Positions 1-12,589 of a stretch of DNA of 64,000 bases are shown piece after piece. Position 1 is the stretch's first letter. Each line of letters begins with the position of its first letter. Source of the stretch: Macrostomum lignano (taxonomy: Eukaryota); assembly GCA_002269645.1 (NCBI GenBank), contig NIVC01000064.1, positions 1-64,000 on the forward strand, read 5' to 3'. The notes beneath the pieces are model-generated. The model had not been told where the DNA came from, did no database searches, and was given only the letters and a program-made list of their open reading frames with translations. The position numbers and the translations under genes were made by a program.

Positions 1-329
1 TGGAATTTAGTTTCTTATTAGATTACTGTAAGTAGTCAGCTGCGATAGCTTTTCAAGTCTGAATTATAGAGTCCAAAAATGCACAAAAAATTTATGCACT
101 GGAACCAAAAAAATTACTAGTTTGAATTGCTTACCATTAAATGCCATGCCTATTCAAAAAATCAACCAAAAAAAATTATAAAATTCAAAAAGCCAGAGCA
201 TATAAAAAAATCAACCCGCACAGATAACTCTCTCAGCTTGATCAGTTATCTAGGCTCTCTGCTTAGTTCTCCAGTTTTGATTTCAGCCAGCTAATTATGC
301 GGAAAATAGAGACTTAGGATATCCCATTA

Positions 330-474
330 GGAGATCCCATGCCCCTAGCGCTCTTTCATGAGCAACGGCAGCTACATATATCGGTGACTCGGCCAGCAAA
401 TTAGCAAGCAGATCAAAATTAAGGACTTGACCAGCACAGAGACAGGGCCCGCAAAAGATGGCGATGAAATTGCG
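330..474 (-). pseudogene. Degenerate relic of an SLC22 exon 8 (opposite strand to the SLC22 cluster)
   Basis: Reverse complement reads ccgcag|cgcaatttcatcgcca...gagtcaccgatatatgtagctgcc, matching the SLC22-B exon 8 acceptor and start (ccgcag|cgcaagttcatcgcca...) and the later gagacactgggcattgagctgcc (copy A) with similar spacing. The frame is decayed. Confidence 0.45.
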
Positions 475-1448
475 CTGCGGATTTTTGGGCGGTTCGAGAG
501 TTAGAGTGCCGATTAGTAGCTATCGTGAAAGATTCAACGTTGAATTATTTCTTTTTAAGCTGAAAGTTAAGTCTCTGAATCTAATTTCTCCAGCATGAAT
601 CTATCTTACACAATCAACAAATAGATCGAAGAATTAAGCATGTTTATGACCTTTGCACGATTTTTTTTATTTTTGTTGATAAATCAAAAGCGTTATTACT
701 GAAATTTAACAAATGGTGTTAACAAAGTAAAATTATCTTTCTGCATTTTGGGTAATTTTGTTTTAATCGAAATACACCGAATAGCATAAATAAGTTTAGA
801 AAATAATAGGTAAATATTAAGTTAGCTATTCTATCAATTTTTAGAATGTGTTTAAGTCACGCGGATAAACAAAATAGCAGCTGCAATTCTGCTGCAAAGA
901 AAAATACTATAAAAGTGAAAAGATTTGACAATGAACAACGGAAATAGTTATTAAGATAGACACGCGCATTTTTACGACAAAGAGATAAAAACTTTGGATA
1001 ATTAAGTAAAGTACTGATAGACGTTGGTTCATGCACGCGAATGCCTTAGATAAAGGATACTGCAGCCTGTAGAATAGATCATTTTTTGCTCAAAAAAATA
1101 AGCTGTTCTTCCGAAAAAATCCACAAAAAGAGAATTACGGTATATAAGTTCAGACAAAACTCAAAGCGTTCGTGAAAAGTTGTGAATTGTTATGTGAATT
1201 AGAAAGTAAGTTGTAATAATATTACTAACGAATAATATCAGAATTATTGCATTTCCAAACCGACATAAAAGCAACAACGGATACTTATTTGTCAGTTAAG
1301 GTACACTTACTGGTATATAACTTGACTATAATATTCGTAGCCTGCATTGTTTGCATGCTTGCATGTTTTGTCTTAGTGTAAACAGATCTCTCGGAAAAAA
1401 TTTCGCATTCATTAAAACAAACGCGAAGCTTCCGTTTTGTTTCAACGC

Positions 1449-3889
1449 TTAGGCCTCGCCTAGAAGAGCCAGCAAATTTTGCGATAGTCGCCAGACGTGT
1501 CGCCGCGTACCATCTCGGCCAGGCTCTTGTTGTGCAAACGCTGGAAAGCGGCCTTCACGGCTGGCAGGTCGGACTCGCACTGGGAGATCACGGTGCGCTG
1601 TAGGCGGCGATCGTTAGTGCCGAGGCCTTTCATACTCTTGTAGAACAGTTCGGCGACGTGAGCAGCCGGTCAATGGCGTAGGAGACGATACTGCGCAGTA
1701 GGCTGCAATAGCTGCCGCTTGTTTCGCTATCGATAACGTCCAATAGGTTCTTTTTGTGACGCTTGCGTATTCGCTGGCCACGGCAGCGATGTGCGGGTAG
1801 GAGCGGCTGCACATCACGCGTTGAAGGTGGACTCGTTCGTACGAGCTTCTTCTCACCGGCCTTGGTAAGTTTATGGAGGTTAATTTGCTAACTTGTATAC
1901 GGGCTCAATACACTAAAGATTTTACGACACAATTCGCGTCAAAATGTATTTGAACGTCTTTCTAGTGTTGATGGACGCTTCTCTAGATCGATGTGAATCA
2001 CAGTAAAAGTTATGTCTTGTACTACTCGAAAACTACATATTTATGCACGTATAGTTAAATCTCTTGATCAATTGTTGACTACATAACCCCCTTTGAGGTG
2101 TAAAGTGCAACTTTATACCTTGCTGCGATGTTGTAATCAAGTTCATTGTGTAAAACTAAAAGTCACTTTACTAACGAAAGAGACTTTTAGACGTTTTAAA
2201 GTTTAGGTGTCGAAGAAGTAGCCAAATTATATCTCTGATTTTTCAATCTACAAATGTTATAATATTCTTCGGGTTTAGAAAATTGATAAAGTGATCGAAT
2301 TGATCAAATAGAGTCATGGCATCCTGGAATATCCGCTCATAGGTAAAATGTCAAGAAAGTTGTAGTGAATTATTTTCCGAATTGATTTTCTTGTAAGAAG
2401 CAACTTTTTGCATGCAAAATAGATCTTAATTACCTGAAACAGAGCCTCAACATCTTGCGCAACCAAGTTGGATCAACATTGGGATTCTCATCCCTGTGGC
2501 GGTCAGGATCCCGACCAGGACACGGCCGAAGTTGCCGCTAACGTCCGACTTGATGTCGGCTTCGAGATCGCGGTGCAGCACCTTCGAATAAGAGGCTTTG
2601 ATGGCCTGAATCTGAGCGTTATTTCTCGAAAGACAAGATGTCGATTATCGCTTCCTCGTCAGTGCCGGCGCCCTTGGGAAAATATTTAGGAACATTTCGT
2701 CTCGCATTAGTATGAGTAAATTTTCTTGATACTTGATGGAAAAAATATGAACATACACCCCACAATCTACAGACCAATGTCTACGACCCATGATAGCAGG
2801 GAGGCTTCACAAGCGCTAATTTTCATAAGCGCTAACTCACCTACTTTCACAAGCGCTAAATTTCACAAACGCTAAACTTCACATTAGCTACGAATTTGTC
2901 ACCTACTTTCACAAGCGCTAAACTTCACAAACGCTAAACTTCACAACCGCTAAAACACAAATGTCGCCTACTTTCACAAGCGCTAAACTTCACATTAGCT
3001 AACCTTTACAATCCCCAAAACACGAATGTCGGTTTCTTTTACAAGCGCTAAAATGTTAATTTACTATATATACTAATATACTAATACTAATATACTATAC
3101 TAATATACTAACTATTTTAGCGCTTGTGAAAGTAGACGACATTCGTGCTTAGCGTTTGTGAAGTTTAGCGTTTGTGAAGTTTAGCGTTTGTGAAGTTTAG
3201 CGCTTGTGAAGTTTAGCGTTTGTGAAGTTTAGCGCTTGTGAAGTTTAGCGTTTGTGAAGTTTAGCGTTTGTGAAGTTTAGCGCTTGTGAAGTTTAGCGTT
3301 TGTGAAGTTTAGCGCTTGTGAAGTTTAGCGCTTGTGAAAGTAGCCGACATTTGTGTTTTAGCGGTTGTGAAGTTTAGCGTTTGTGAAGTTTAGCGCTTGT
3401 GAAGTTTAGCGGTTGTGAAAGTAGGTGGTTTCGCTATTCTGAAGTTTAGCGCTTGTGAAATTTAGCGCTTGTGAAATTTAGCGCTTGTGAAAGCGACCCG
3501 ATAGCAGTACATGTATTTCTACCCCCTCCAAATTGCTGGATAGACAGTGTAAGCAATACCCTTTTAAGCAAAGCGTCAGAGTATACTATCCAAATTCTCA
3601 CCTTGACGGCACTGTAAAGACACTTGGCATCGTACTCGCTCAGACAGTAGCACAAACCTTCGCACACTTCTAGAAAGTCGCCGCTCAACTCTGATTTTAA
3701 CGCGCTGTCCAACTCCTTGCCGTAGGACGTCTTGAATGCTTTAGCAATCTCGGCTCGTTGATGCGACGGACGATGTCCAAGGACGTCGATGATGAGATTT
3801 TCGTTGGTGCCGATGCCCTTCATAGCCTTGTGAAGTCGTTCGGCTTCGGCCAGAGCGTTGAACGGTTGGTCAACTTTGGAGACGGCCAT
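1449..3889 (-). CDS. Annexin (4-repeat core, ~314 aa after indel correction); exons 3889-3602, 2672-2434, 1860-1449; exons 2-3 carry ~8 single-base indels
   Basis: Annexin repeats are readable: MKGIGTNE..SELSGDF, GAGTDE..SDVSGNF, KNLLDVIDSETSGSY, MKGLGTND..GDTSGDY. GT-AG junctions in phase 0. Exon sum 939 nt plus net +6 indel correction gives 945 nt. Confidence 0.93.
2800..3499. mobile_element. Foldback-type non-autonomous DNA transposon (~700 bp) in annexin intron 1
   Basis: Left arm has tandem (caagcgctaaacttca) units and right arm has the inverse (tgaagtttagcgcttg) units, around an AT-rich tactaata spacer. Flanked by the 8-bp direct repeat GATAGCAG (2792-2799, 3500-3507). Confidence 0.8.
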
Positions 3890-4884
3890 TCGTACTGCGG
3901 ATGGAGCAGACTGTAACAGACTGGCTATGCGATAGCTTGGTACAGAAAAAGCGTTGGGAGAGAGAGAGAGCGGAGTAGAACTAAAGGGCGGGGTCTGTAT
4001 AAATATATTTTGCACTGGCTGTGGGAAACCGGCTTATTCCCACCTTGTGCGCACTGCTGGAGAGTTTGAGGGACTGGGGGGAGGGCTAGGAAAGCTGGTT
4101 GGTTTGGACAGAGAATTAGAGAGGCTTAGAGAGGAGAGAGAGAGAGAGAGCAATGGAGGGAGAGAAGGGGAGACCAAAGCTGATTCAAGAACGTACAGTG
4201 CTGGTCTGAATGATATGCACTTTGTGCGCGTGTACTCGCAGATTAGAGTGTACTTGCGTGTACTGCACACAAACAATAATTGAATCAGCTTATAAGAGGC
4301 CGGTTGTCTCTCCCAGACTTTCAATTGTGCAATTCTATGCTTTAATTAAATGTCGCAAAAAATACACGTACACTGTGAGCAGTGAGAGCGGCAGCTTTAG
4401 CTTGAAATGCACGGAGGCTTAAAGAATAGCACAGACCCCGAGATTGAGATGCGTCATAAGATTGAACCAGTTGGATCTAGCTCTCAAGTAACTTTGAACA
4501 AAAGAGCCCATTTAAAATGAGTTGCACGGTGGTCTAGCTCGTTTGTGAGGCATTTATGTTGTAAATTTATTTTTAGGCACCTTTCGTTTTGTGCAGTTGT
4601 GCAGTTATTATGTTTTTTTAATAAGGCTAGATGGTTTCGCTCAAGACATACACATACACTCTGCAACATGTTAAAGTTTTCACCCGAAACCAGTGCGATT
4701 GTCAAAGGGGCATCTTTAATCCATCTCTAGCCATAAACCAGCCTACTCTTGTGACGCAAATTACATCACCCACAGTTGAAGTTGAGACGAGAAGCACGGG
4801 CGTGGTGGAAATTGCGTCACTTGGGGCTGAGATCTGAGAAAAGTAGATCACTTTTTGTATGAGCCTAATGACATGCTACACGTA

Positions 4885-5230
4885 TACTCCAATTTCTGAT
4901 GTCCACTATCATGGCGACGTTCTGCAACACGAAAGCTGCTGTCTCAAAACCGAATGGTCTCTGACTTCTTCGAGGCCGGCCTCTGGGGTTAGGCCGCTTC
5001 GGATCGTCTTGGTGCTTGACTAGATTCCGTGGACTGCCCTTTGAACCAACGAAGAATGCTTTCCGGTGGCAGTGTGATCCCCTACTGTACCTGATCGTTT
5101 AGGGCGCCCAACGAAAGCTGACCAAGCTGATGTGGTCATCCAGTATCATTCGTGCCGAGTTGTACTGCCCTGAGTCAGTACACAGGAGATGCTGTTCTGA
5201 TGCTGGAGGCATCTAAAAGCCTCTTCACAT
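4885..5230 (+). mobile_element. Short RTE-like LINE reverse transcriptase fragment (decayed)
   Basis: Reads IMATFCNTKAAVSKPNGL...IVLVLD, homologous to IMAKYFDTKAAVSITNSL...FVLVLD in the 10.8-11.9 kb element. Confidence 0.6.
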
Positions 5231-5674
5231 TGCGGGTCAAATATTACTCAAATCAATGTATAGTTGGTTCGAATCCATTTTAAAATTGCTTTGAACAATC
5301 TTCGACCCGTGAAGCTACTATAGTGGTAATTTAAACAGGCCCTTACCGGAGCGTTACTTGGTGATTCGTCGACGCTTTCGTCAGTCCTGGATTCTGTTGT
5401 CGGCGCGGCCTATAGTATCCGGCCTCAATGGAGACAAATGCGCGAGATGAAAGACAGTGATAGAGTTGGAGAGCCAGGTTACATGCGTGATTAGAGAGAG
5501 AAATGCATGCATAGCTGCTTTGCAATCAGCGGACTCAGAAAAGTCAACAAAAGGGGAAACCTATCGACATATCATATTCCAACCATTAGCACGGCTGAAT
5601 CAATCATTGGCATATAATTGATCTTCAGTAATGAAAACGTCAGCTGCTACGAGATGAAAACAAGACGTATTGTT

Positions 5675-5744
5675 TTCATATTCATATTCATATTCTGACT
5701 TCTGACTTCTGACTTCTGACTTCATATTCATATTCATATTCATA
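5675..5744. repeat. Compound microsatellite (TTCATA)n(TTCTGAC)n(TTCATA)n
   Basis: Directly visible. Confidence 0.9.
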
Positions 5745-5957
5745 ATACGAATGAAGCCAAATCAATCTCTTAGTCTCGTTTTTGTGCAAAGATTATGCGC
5801 GATCATGTGACGCTTGGAAGTCTTACGTTTGTTATTGATGCAAAGCGAATGATATTCATTGTGTATTTATTTAATACACAATCGCCCGCATGCTGCTTAA
5901 GTGCAGTTTTAAATTTTATCAAGGTTTTAACGTTAAAAAATTAAAACAAAAACTTAT

Positions 5958-6150
5958 TTGAGGTGTCATAGGGCGGTATGTGAGGTATCATAGGGCGGTA
6001 TGTGAAGTATAATAGGGTGGTATGTGAGGTATCATAGGGCGGTATGTGAGGCATCATAGGGTGGTATGTGAGGTATCATAGGGCGGTATGTGAGGCATCA
6101 TAGGGTGGTATGTGAGGTATCATAGGGCGGTATGTGAGGCATCATAGGGT
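5958..6150. repeat. 22-bp minisatellite atgtgaggtatcatagggcggt, ~8 copies
   Basis: Directly visible. Confidence 0.92.
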
Positions 6151-7277
6151 AGAATTAGGGCGCGTCTTGTTTAGTATTAGCCGTGAGAAAATATAAACTA
6201 AATAAACAAATCTCAAGGATAACTTAAGCAACGTATATACTCGTAAACGACGCGACACTCACTTTTCATAGAAAAAAAGTTTTAAAGGCCACTTTTCGCC
6301 GAAATTTCTTATTCTACATAGGTACATTTCCTGTACCCAAAAATCATAAAAACGCTCGAATCTTTCGTTTAATGAATCTATTTTATCATCTCTATAACAC
6401 ATATTGTACACAGTCAGCTAAGAATGACAAAATATATTCATAAAATAAATGAGCCGAGCCGTGTCATTTTAATGGTTTTTAGGCACAGAACATTGCAATT
6501 GCACGTTCAATAAAAAATTAACATAGAACCCTAATTTTCTGAACGAAAAGCTTTATGAATATCGAAAGAACTATCAGATAGACTTAACATATCTAAAGAT
6601 GAACATTGGGTCTGCCTCCAATCGAAAGCAATAACAATTTTTGTGCTGAAAAATGAAAATTTCCTATCTACGAGAACACTATCATTCAGCCACTAGCTCG
6701 TACGAAATTTCAAAATATAATTTTCACAAGCTGTAAATCAAAACAAAACGTTAGCCCTGCGTTGTCTTTTATCGAGACACGAATGCAAGTCAGAGCGCAT
6801 GATTTATGCAACGACAAAACTGCATAGAATCAGATAAAAACAGATAAGAGGGAAAATTCCGTTATACCTTAGAAATAGAAGTGTCAACCAATTTTTATTT
6901 GAAATGTAAATAGAAATTCTGAAAATTCTCAAGCTTTCATTGCCAGCATTGATAAGCGACGCTTAGAGCACTTTATTTGAGAATAAATTTTCTTTATGGA
7001 AAGTTTCAAAAATTGATTAGCTGTGCGTAGCTCGTAAGTATAGAGATCTGCGTTCAAATTTCGAAGCGTACGAAACACGTACAAAATGCGCACTGTGCTT
7101 GAGGGAAAAGTTCCATTTGAAAGAATGCTATTGCTAATGATAATGCAAAAGACGTACTCACTTTTAGCAGTACAGATGCGCGGAGTACTTATAATGTGGA
7201 AGCGTAATCTGTCCGAACTGACTCAATAGCAGCCGGACTAGAGAATATCTGCTTCTTGCATTCAACTGTCTTGAAAA

Positions 7278-10152
7278 ATGTCTCTGGACGATATTATCGA
7301 GAAAATTGGCTCCTTTGGTCGATTTCCAAAGATCCAATATCTGCTGGCCTGCTTTGCCGCCGTCTGTTGCAGTGAGACTCAATTTTTTTGTTATTGGATT
7401 TACATATTCAAGGTGATGCATGTGGCGGGTCTGTAGAGCATTTCGGTGGGTCAAAGAATACAGTGTAGAGTGATGAGTGATGATGTGCGGTGTGATTTTG
7501 TTAGCATGATTTTTTATAGCGATTCTGCGGGATGTTTCAGGTATACATGTACAGGTTTGAAAGCCTTGGATTGGACGTTTAGATTTCGTTACAGTTTCGG
7601 GGCTTACAGTTCAGAACGTAGGGTTCAAATTTTGGGTTCAGGGTGTGTTTAAGTTTACCGGTACAATGGCTCAGAATTAGGCTTTTCTAAAGGTTCTGTT
7701 AGGATTGAGATAGGAAGGTTTTTGGCTCATTGTAGCAGTTATTGACACTGTTTATCTCAATCAAACAAGTGCGAGTTTACTCGTAAAATGCTCACAGGCT
7801 GGGCTGCAATAGTCCCGGTCTACATCCTCAACGTCCCCAAGCATCGCTGTCGGGTGCCTCGTCTCGGCCCAGCCGATCACTGGGGCATCAACTCGAGTCT
7901 GATTGAAGCGGACGTCCCGCTCAAGAGACCCGGATGTGCAGTTCCTGGCGCAGCGGACTGCTTCGAGGCGTGCAGTCTGAACAGTGGCAACGGCACCAAC
8001 TCAACGACCGGCTGCTCAGCAGGATTCGTGTTCGACAAGTCCGAGTTTATTGACACGTTTCCGTCTGAGGTGAGCAGGGAGTGTGGGAGTATGGTTGGTG
8101 TGGAGAGAGAGCAAAGCTAGAGTTAAATTCAGTAAGCTTCACGGAACTATAGTAAATAATATGCATGCTTCAACAAATATCATGCTTCCTTTCGATGCCA
8201 GCTCAATTACGTTTGTGACGCGGGCAGAGAAGTTCTGGTCACCACTCTGGTTCAGAGTCAACTTATTGGCGTCCTGATTGGAGCATGGATGTCCGGGATT
8301 CTGTCGGATCGGTCAGTATAGTCGTCATATTAGAAGGCTTAACAAAAGCGTTTGTCACGCCTTCGCATGCTAATAAATCTTCAACAACATGAATCTGATA
8401 CTGAACAGGTTCGGTAGAAAACCTGTGCTAATTGGATCCATGCTGCTCATGGGCCTGTCGGGTCTGGCGTCCACCGTTTCCTCGGACCCCTATTCGTTCT
8501 GGGTGCTTCGGTGTCTCGTTGGACTTGGCTTTGCTAGCTCTTTAACAACCGGTTTCGTCGTAGGTAAGTAGCAGTCATTCGTTTCATTTCTTCATGTCAT
8601 GCGTCTTAGCCTGCTCTATTCGCTTAAAGGTATCGAGTTCATCGGTCCCCAGGCTCGAATCCACGCTGGCATCGTGATTCAATACGCCTACGCTGTCGGC
8701 TTGATCCTCTTGGTTGGCGTTGCTCATCTGCTGCGCTACTGGCGTTGGCTAAACATTGCGGTCGGCGCTCTGCCACTTTTTTCCATTCTGCTGATTTGGT
8801 GAGAGGTCTAATGAGCCGGCAGTAGGAGAAACCGTTGAATGAGTCTTATTAATCCAGTCCGTCAATCCTTCCGCAGGCTACTGGTCGAGTCGCCGCGCTG
8901 GCTGATCTCAAGAGGCCGGTTGGCTGAGGCCGAGGCTTTGATCAGAAAGGCGGCCAAAGTCAACGGCGTCGAGCTGCCCACGGATTTGGAGCTGAGGCCG
9001 CCAAGCGAGAATGTCTCCAAGACGCCAGACAGCGAGTCCGCTGACGACAGCGACCGCTCGTCACCGACTTCGTCCGCTGCGGACAGCTCCGAGCAGACGA
9101 GCTTCCTTCGAGTTTTCACCAATAAGCAGACAGCGCTGATGACTATGAACATGTTCCTGCAGTGGTGAGCAGCTTGATCATGAGATTCCTTGGCCTCAGT
9201 TCTAAGAACAATAAGTTTATGTCCTTCCCTGTACAAGCGTATTGTAACCGCCTGTCATAGGTGGGTGATCGCTCTAGTGTACTATGGCCTCAGTCTGAGC
9301 TCCGGAAACCTACCTGGCGACATCTACCTGACTTCGTTTCTCAACGCCTTGGCTGAGCTGATCGGCTACGTAGTGCCGCACGCTCTGGCGGGTCGCCTTG
9401 GTCGACGAGTCACTCACGCGGGCAGCATGTTCCTCGCTGCCGCAGCCCTGTGCAGCACCATCTTCGTGGAGCTGTTCGGACCAGCCGACGGCGGCTTGGA
9501 CTGGCTGCTGGTGACGCTCGCGATGCTGGGGAAAATCGGGATCACATCCGCGTTCGGCGTTGCGTACCTGTGGACTGCGGAGATGTTCCACACCGGAGTG
9601 CGGCAGATGGCTGTAGGGAGTTCCAGCACTGCAGGTCGAGCCGGGACGCTACTGGCTCCTTTCCTGGCAGATATGGTGAGGGCTGAGTGAGACTTGCTGG
9701 GTCCCTTCCTGGCAGATATGGTGTAAGGTTTAAAGCATGCTGCTATGCTTTGAAACGTATGGTTTTGAGTGTTGAATGTCCAAGAATCTCGCACCCTTCC
9801 GCAACCTCGCAGCGCAAGTTCATCGCCAGCTCCTTTGGCGCCGCCCTGCCGCTGTTGATCTCCGGCTGCCTCGCCCTGCTGGCCGGCCTGACATCGCTGC
9901 TGTTGCCGGAGACACTGGGCATTGAGCTGCCTGAGACGCTGGAGGACTGCCGGAGGCTGGCGGCTTGGAGGAGGTGAGGCTGCATTGCTCGATTACTCAC
10001 TCACTACTCGTATTTATTCGCTCACTCATTAAAACTTTTAAAAAATCATTTTTTCTCACAGTAGGGCCACCGTTGAGCCACAAGACGTCGGCAAGGAGAT
10101 CAAAGAACAGCAGGCGGTCGACGAAAATGCAAATAGAGATTCGGCGGTTTAG
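7278..10152 (+). CDS. SLC22/OCT-like MFS transporter copy A (583 aa); exons 7278-7371, 7798-8069, 8202-8311, 8409-8563, 8630-8798, 8877-9164, 9261-9675, 9813-9973, 10065-10152
   Basis: Family motifs: IGSFGRF N-terminus, Cys-rich loop 1, [35 protein letters not shown]. Canonical splice sites; exon sum 1752 nt is in frame. Confidence 0.93.
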
Positions 10153-10769
10153 TTCATCGGCTCACAATAACACGATACGGAGAATTCGAGAGAAGATTTG
10201 TTGGAATGTTTCCGCCTTGAGCCATATTCCAAACGAATATATTCTTATCTTGCGCTGTTAAGGATAATGTGCGATGCGGTTAAACAATATTTTAAACTGA
10301 AGCAACTGCTGTGTAAATATTTAGCTGTTCGATTTTTTATGTCGATTGAAACAGTGGCGCGATGAGTGGTCAGTTTAAAAAATACAATCTGCTGGCATAA
10401 TTGAAATTGCCTTACCAATACGAACTATTATCAATACGAGCTACCAATACGGGCATCGTTAATGAAAATCCTCAATTCTGTTGATGGCAAAGGCGTTGAC
10501 GTTAAAATGAAGAAGTCTGAACTTTTTTTCAGAAAAACGGGAAAACGCCCCGGCACGGTGCCTCTTGAAATCTTTACTATGCTTAACGCTGATTAACAGA
10601 TAAGCTCTTGTTTACAGACTGTTGTCAAACACTGTTTAAAACGCTAGAGAATGAATTTTTGAATAGTCGTGATAATTCAGTAGGTGTTCGAGACCTTTTT
10701 AGAGTGTCACTTTATCGGGGTATGCCGTGACATTTGACAGATGATAGTGTCAGTGACCTGAAATTAACA

Positions 10770-11915
10770 GTGAAAACAACATCACAGGGCTTGCCTGAGG
10801 GCTTGAGCGCGAAAACAGGCACAAATGGTGTTGCCTGCCAGCTGGAGCTGCCGTCTGCTTGGACGGACTGTTGCTGGCGCGTCGATGTTAGTGGTTCACT
10901 CGTTCCCATCTTAAAGGCGGCGCACAGCAGGACAGCGTTCGCCGTGTCAACTTGCTGCTCGAGCAAATCCATCAGCATCCAAGTCACACCCTTATAGAGC
11001 AGGACGGTTTCGACAACTACCTGGAACAACGCCGCCCACTGGAGGTCAGGTACATGTAGGGCTTTGACTGCAGGATCGCAATCACAGAAGGAAAGGCAGC
11101 CCTGGCAAGCCCTCGGCGACGCCGCAAATCTTCCCGTGCTTCAGGAACCAGACCGCCGATGTATATCGTGGAAGTTTTGTCAGCGCCTTGGCACAAAATT
11201 GCAGCCTCGAAGTCGCGGCGGGAAGAGCACGACAGTCTTTTGACTGTTAAAAACCAGACCGACACTCGCCGCAACAGCACCAGCCTGTGCAGCTGTCGCT
11301 GGTCGCACTGGATGTTCGAGGACAGCAAGTTGAGATCTTCGGCGTAGCCAAGTACGCTGAGCTGCCTCTCCGGTTAACGTCGACCCACGCGTCGCTGCAG
11401 CAGAAAGCAGTCGTCATTAGAAGGGTGAGCAGTCCGCCGCCCCCCCCCTCCCCAGTCAAGCACCAGAACGAACAGGGACGACTCTGGCGTATCTCCCTGA
11501 AGCGTCTCGGGGATGTCTTGAAGAAGTCCGATAGGCTGTTTGTTATTGACACAGCAGCTTTTGTGTCGAAGTATTTCGCCATTATGGCGGAAATCAGCTG
11601 CTCTAGTGCGTTTTACGCGCGGAGCACGATTTTCAGCACGGCATTGACAACTGAGTCGAATGCCATATTGAAATCAACAAAGATAGCAATCAGGATCGAC
11701 TATCCGCTCCTTGTCGATGGCTCGGCAAACAGCCAGGTTCTGCGCCAATGTGCGGCGATGGGTCCGGAACCCCTTTTGCTCAGGACGCAGGTACGGATCC
11801 AGCACGGGCTTCAACCGCGAGACAGCATCCGGTTGAACGGTTTCGCAGCGAAGGACTGAAGACAGATAGATGCCTTGATGCTCTTTAGCCTTGTGGTGCC
11901 CGGCTTCTTCGGAAC
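10770..11915 (-). mobile_element. Degenerate RTE-clade non-LTR retrotransposon (RT domain and C-terminal region)
   Basis: Across frameshifts: PKKPG...SFAAKPFNRM...EQKGFR...LQGDT..LFVLVLD...LGYAEDLNLLS (YADD-like)...DLRRRRGLARAAF...FQVVVETVLLYKGVTW. Confidence 0.85.
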
Positions 11916-12589
11916 CGAATTAAGACCCACATTACAATTGCAAGACCCACCCAGCCACCATACAAGGATCAAACTTCGGAGAAAAGTTCGGAGTCTTTAA
12001 AAACACGGCTTCAGAAGTTCAAAATAAGATTAAATTTTCTGTTTAGCGATTAAAACAAAAAAATTCCCTAACGATCAGTATGCATAATTCACGAGCACTT
12101 GAGAAAAAAGGCTTAAATAAGCTATTATGAGCATGTGATCATACTAGTAAAAAAGGCAGAATGAAATTGGTTGCTACCACGAATTCGGAATGAATTAGTT
12201 TAGCTGTCAGATAGAAAGATAAGGGAAAAGATCGGTAACTGTGCCCCACCATTTCAATTTCATGTGTCAATGAATTTTTTTAAACGATCAATAGCTGCAT
12301 TGATAAGAGACCGCTTGAGCTGTCGAATTTCGATATACTTTCCTTTATGGAAATTTCCAAAAAATGCTCGACCTCTCAATGAGGAGCTCTGAGCAGTGAA
12401 GTAAAAACTAGAGCCGCGTACATTTTACTTAGCAGAATTCCTTGGAGAATTCCGTTAAAGATATTATTGTCAATGTAATAAATAAAGCTGTTAGCATTGC
12501 AAATATGAACGCACTCGCTATTCTGTCGGGGCAGAACTCCTTGACACCTAAGCTGAATAGTACATTCTTGCATTCAACTGTCTTGAAAA

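Noticed and set aside
1614-1856. Short basic ORFs resembling histone or viral fragments
   Set aside because: Frameshifted pieces of annexin exon 3.
11287-11859. 190-aa plus-strand ORF between SLC22 A and B
   Set aside because: Antisense shadow of the decayed RTE reverse transcriptase.
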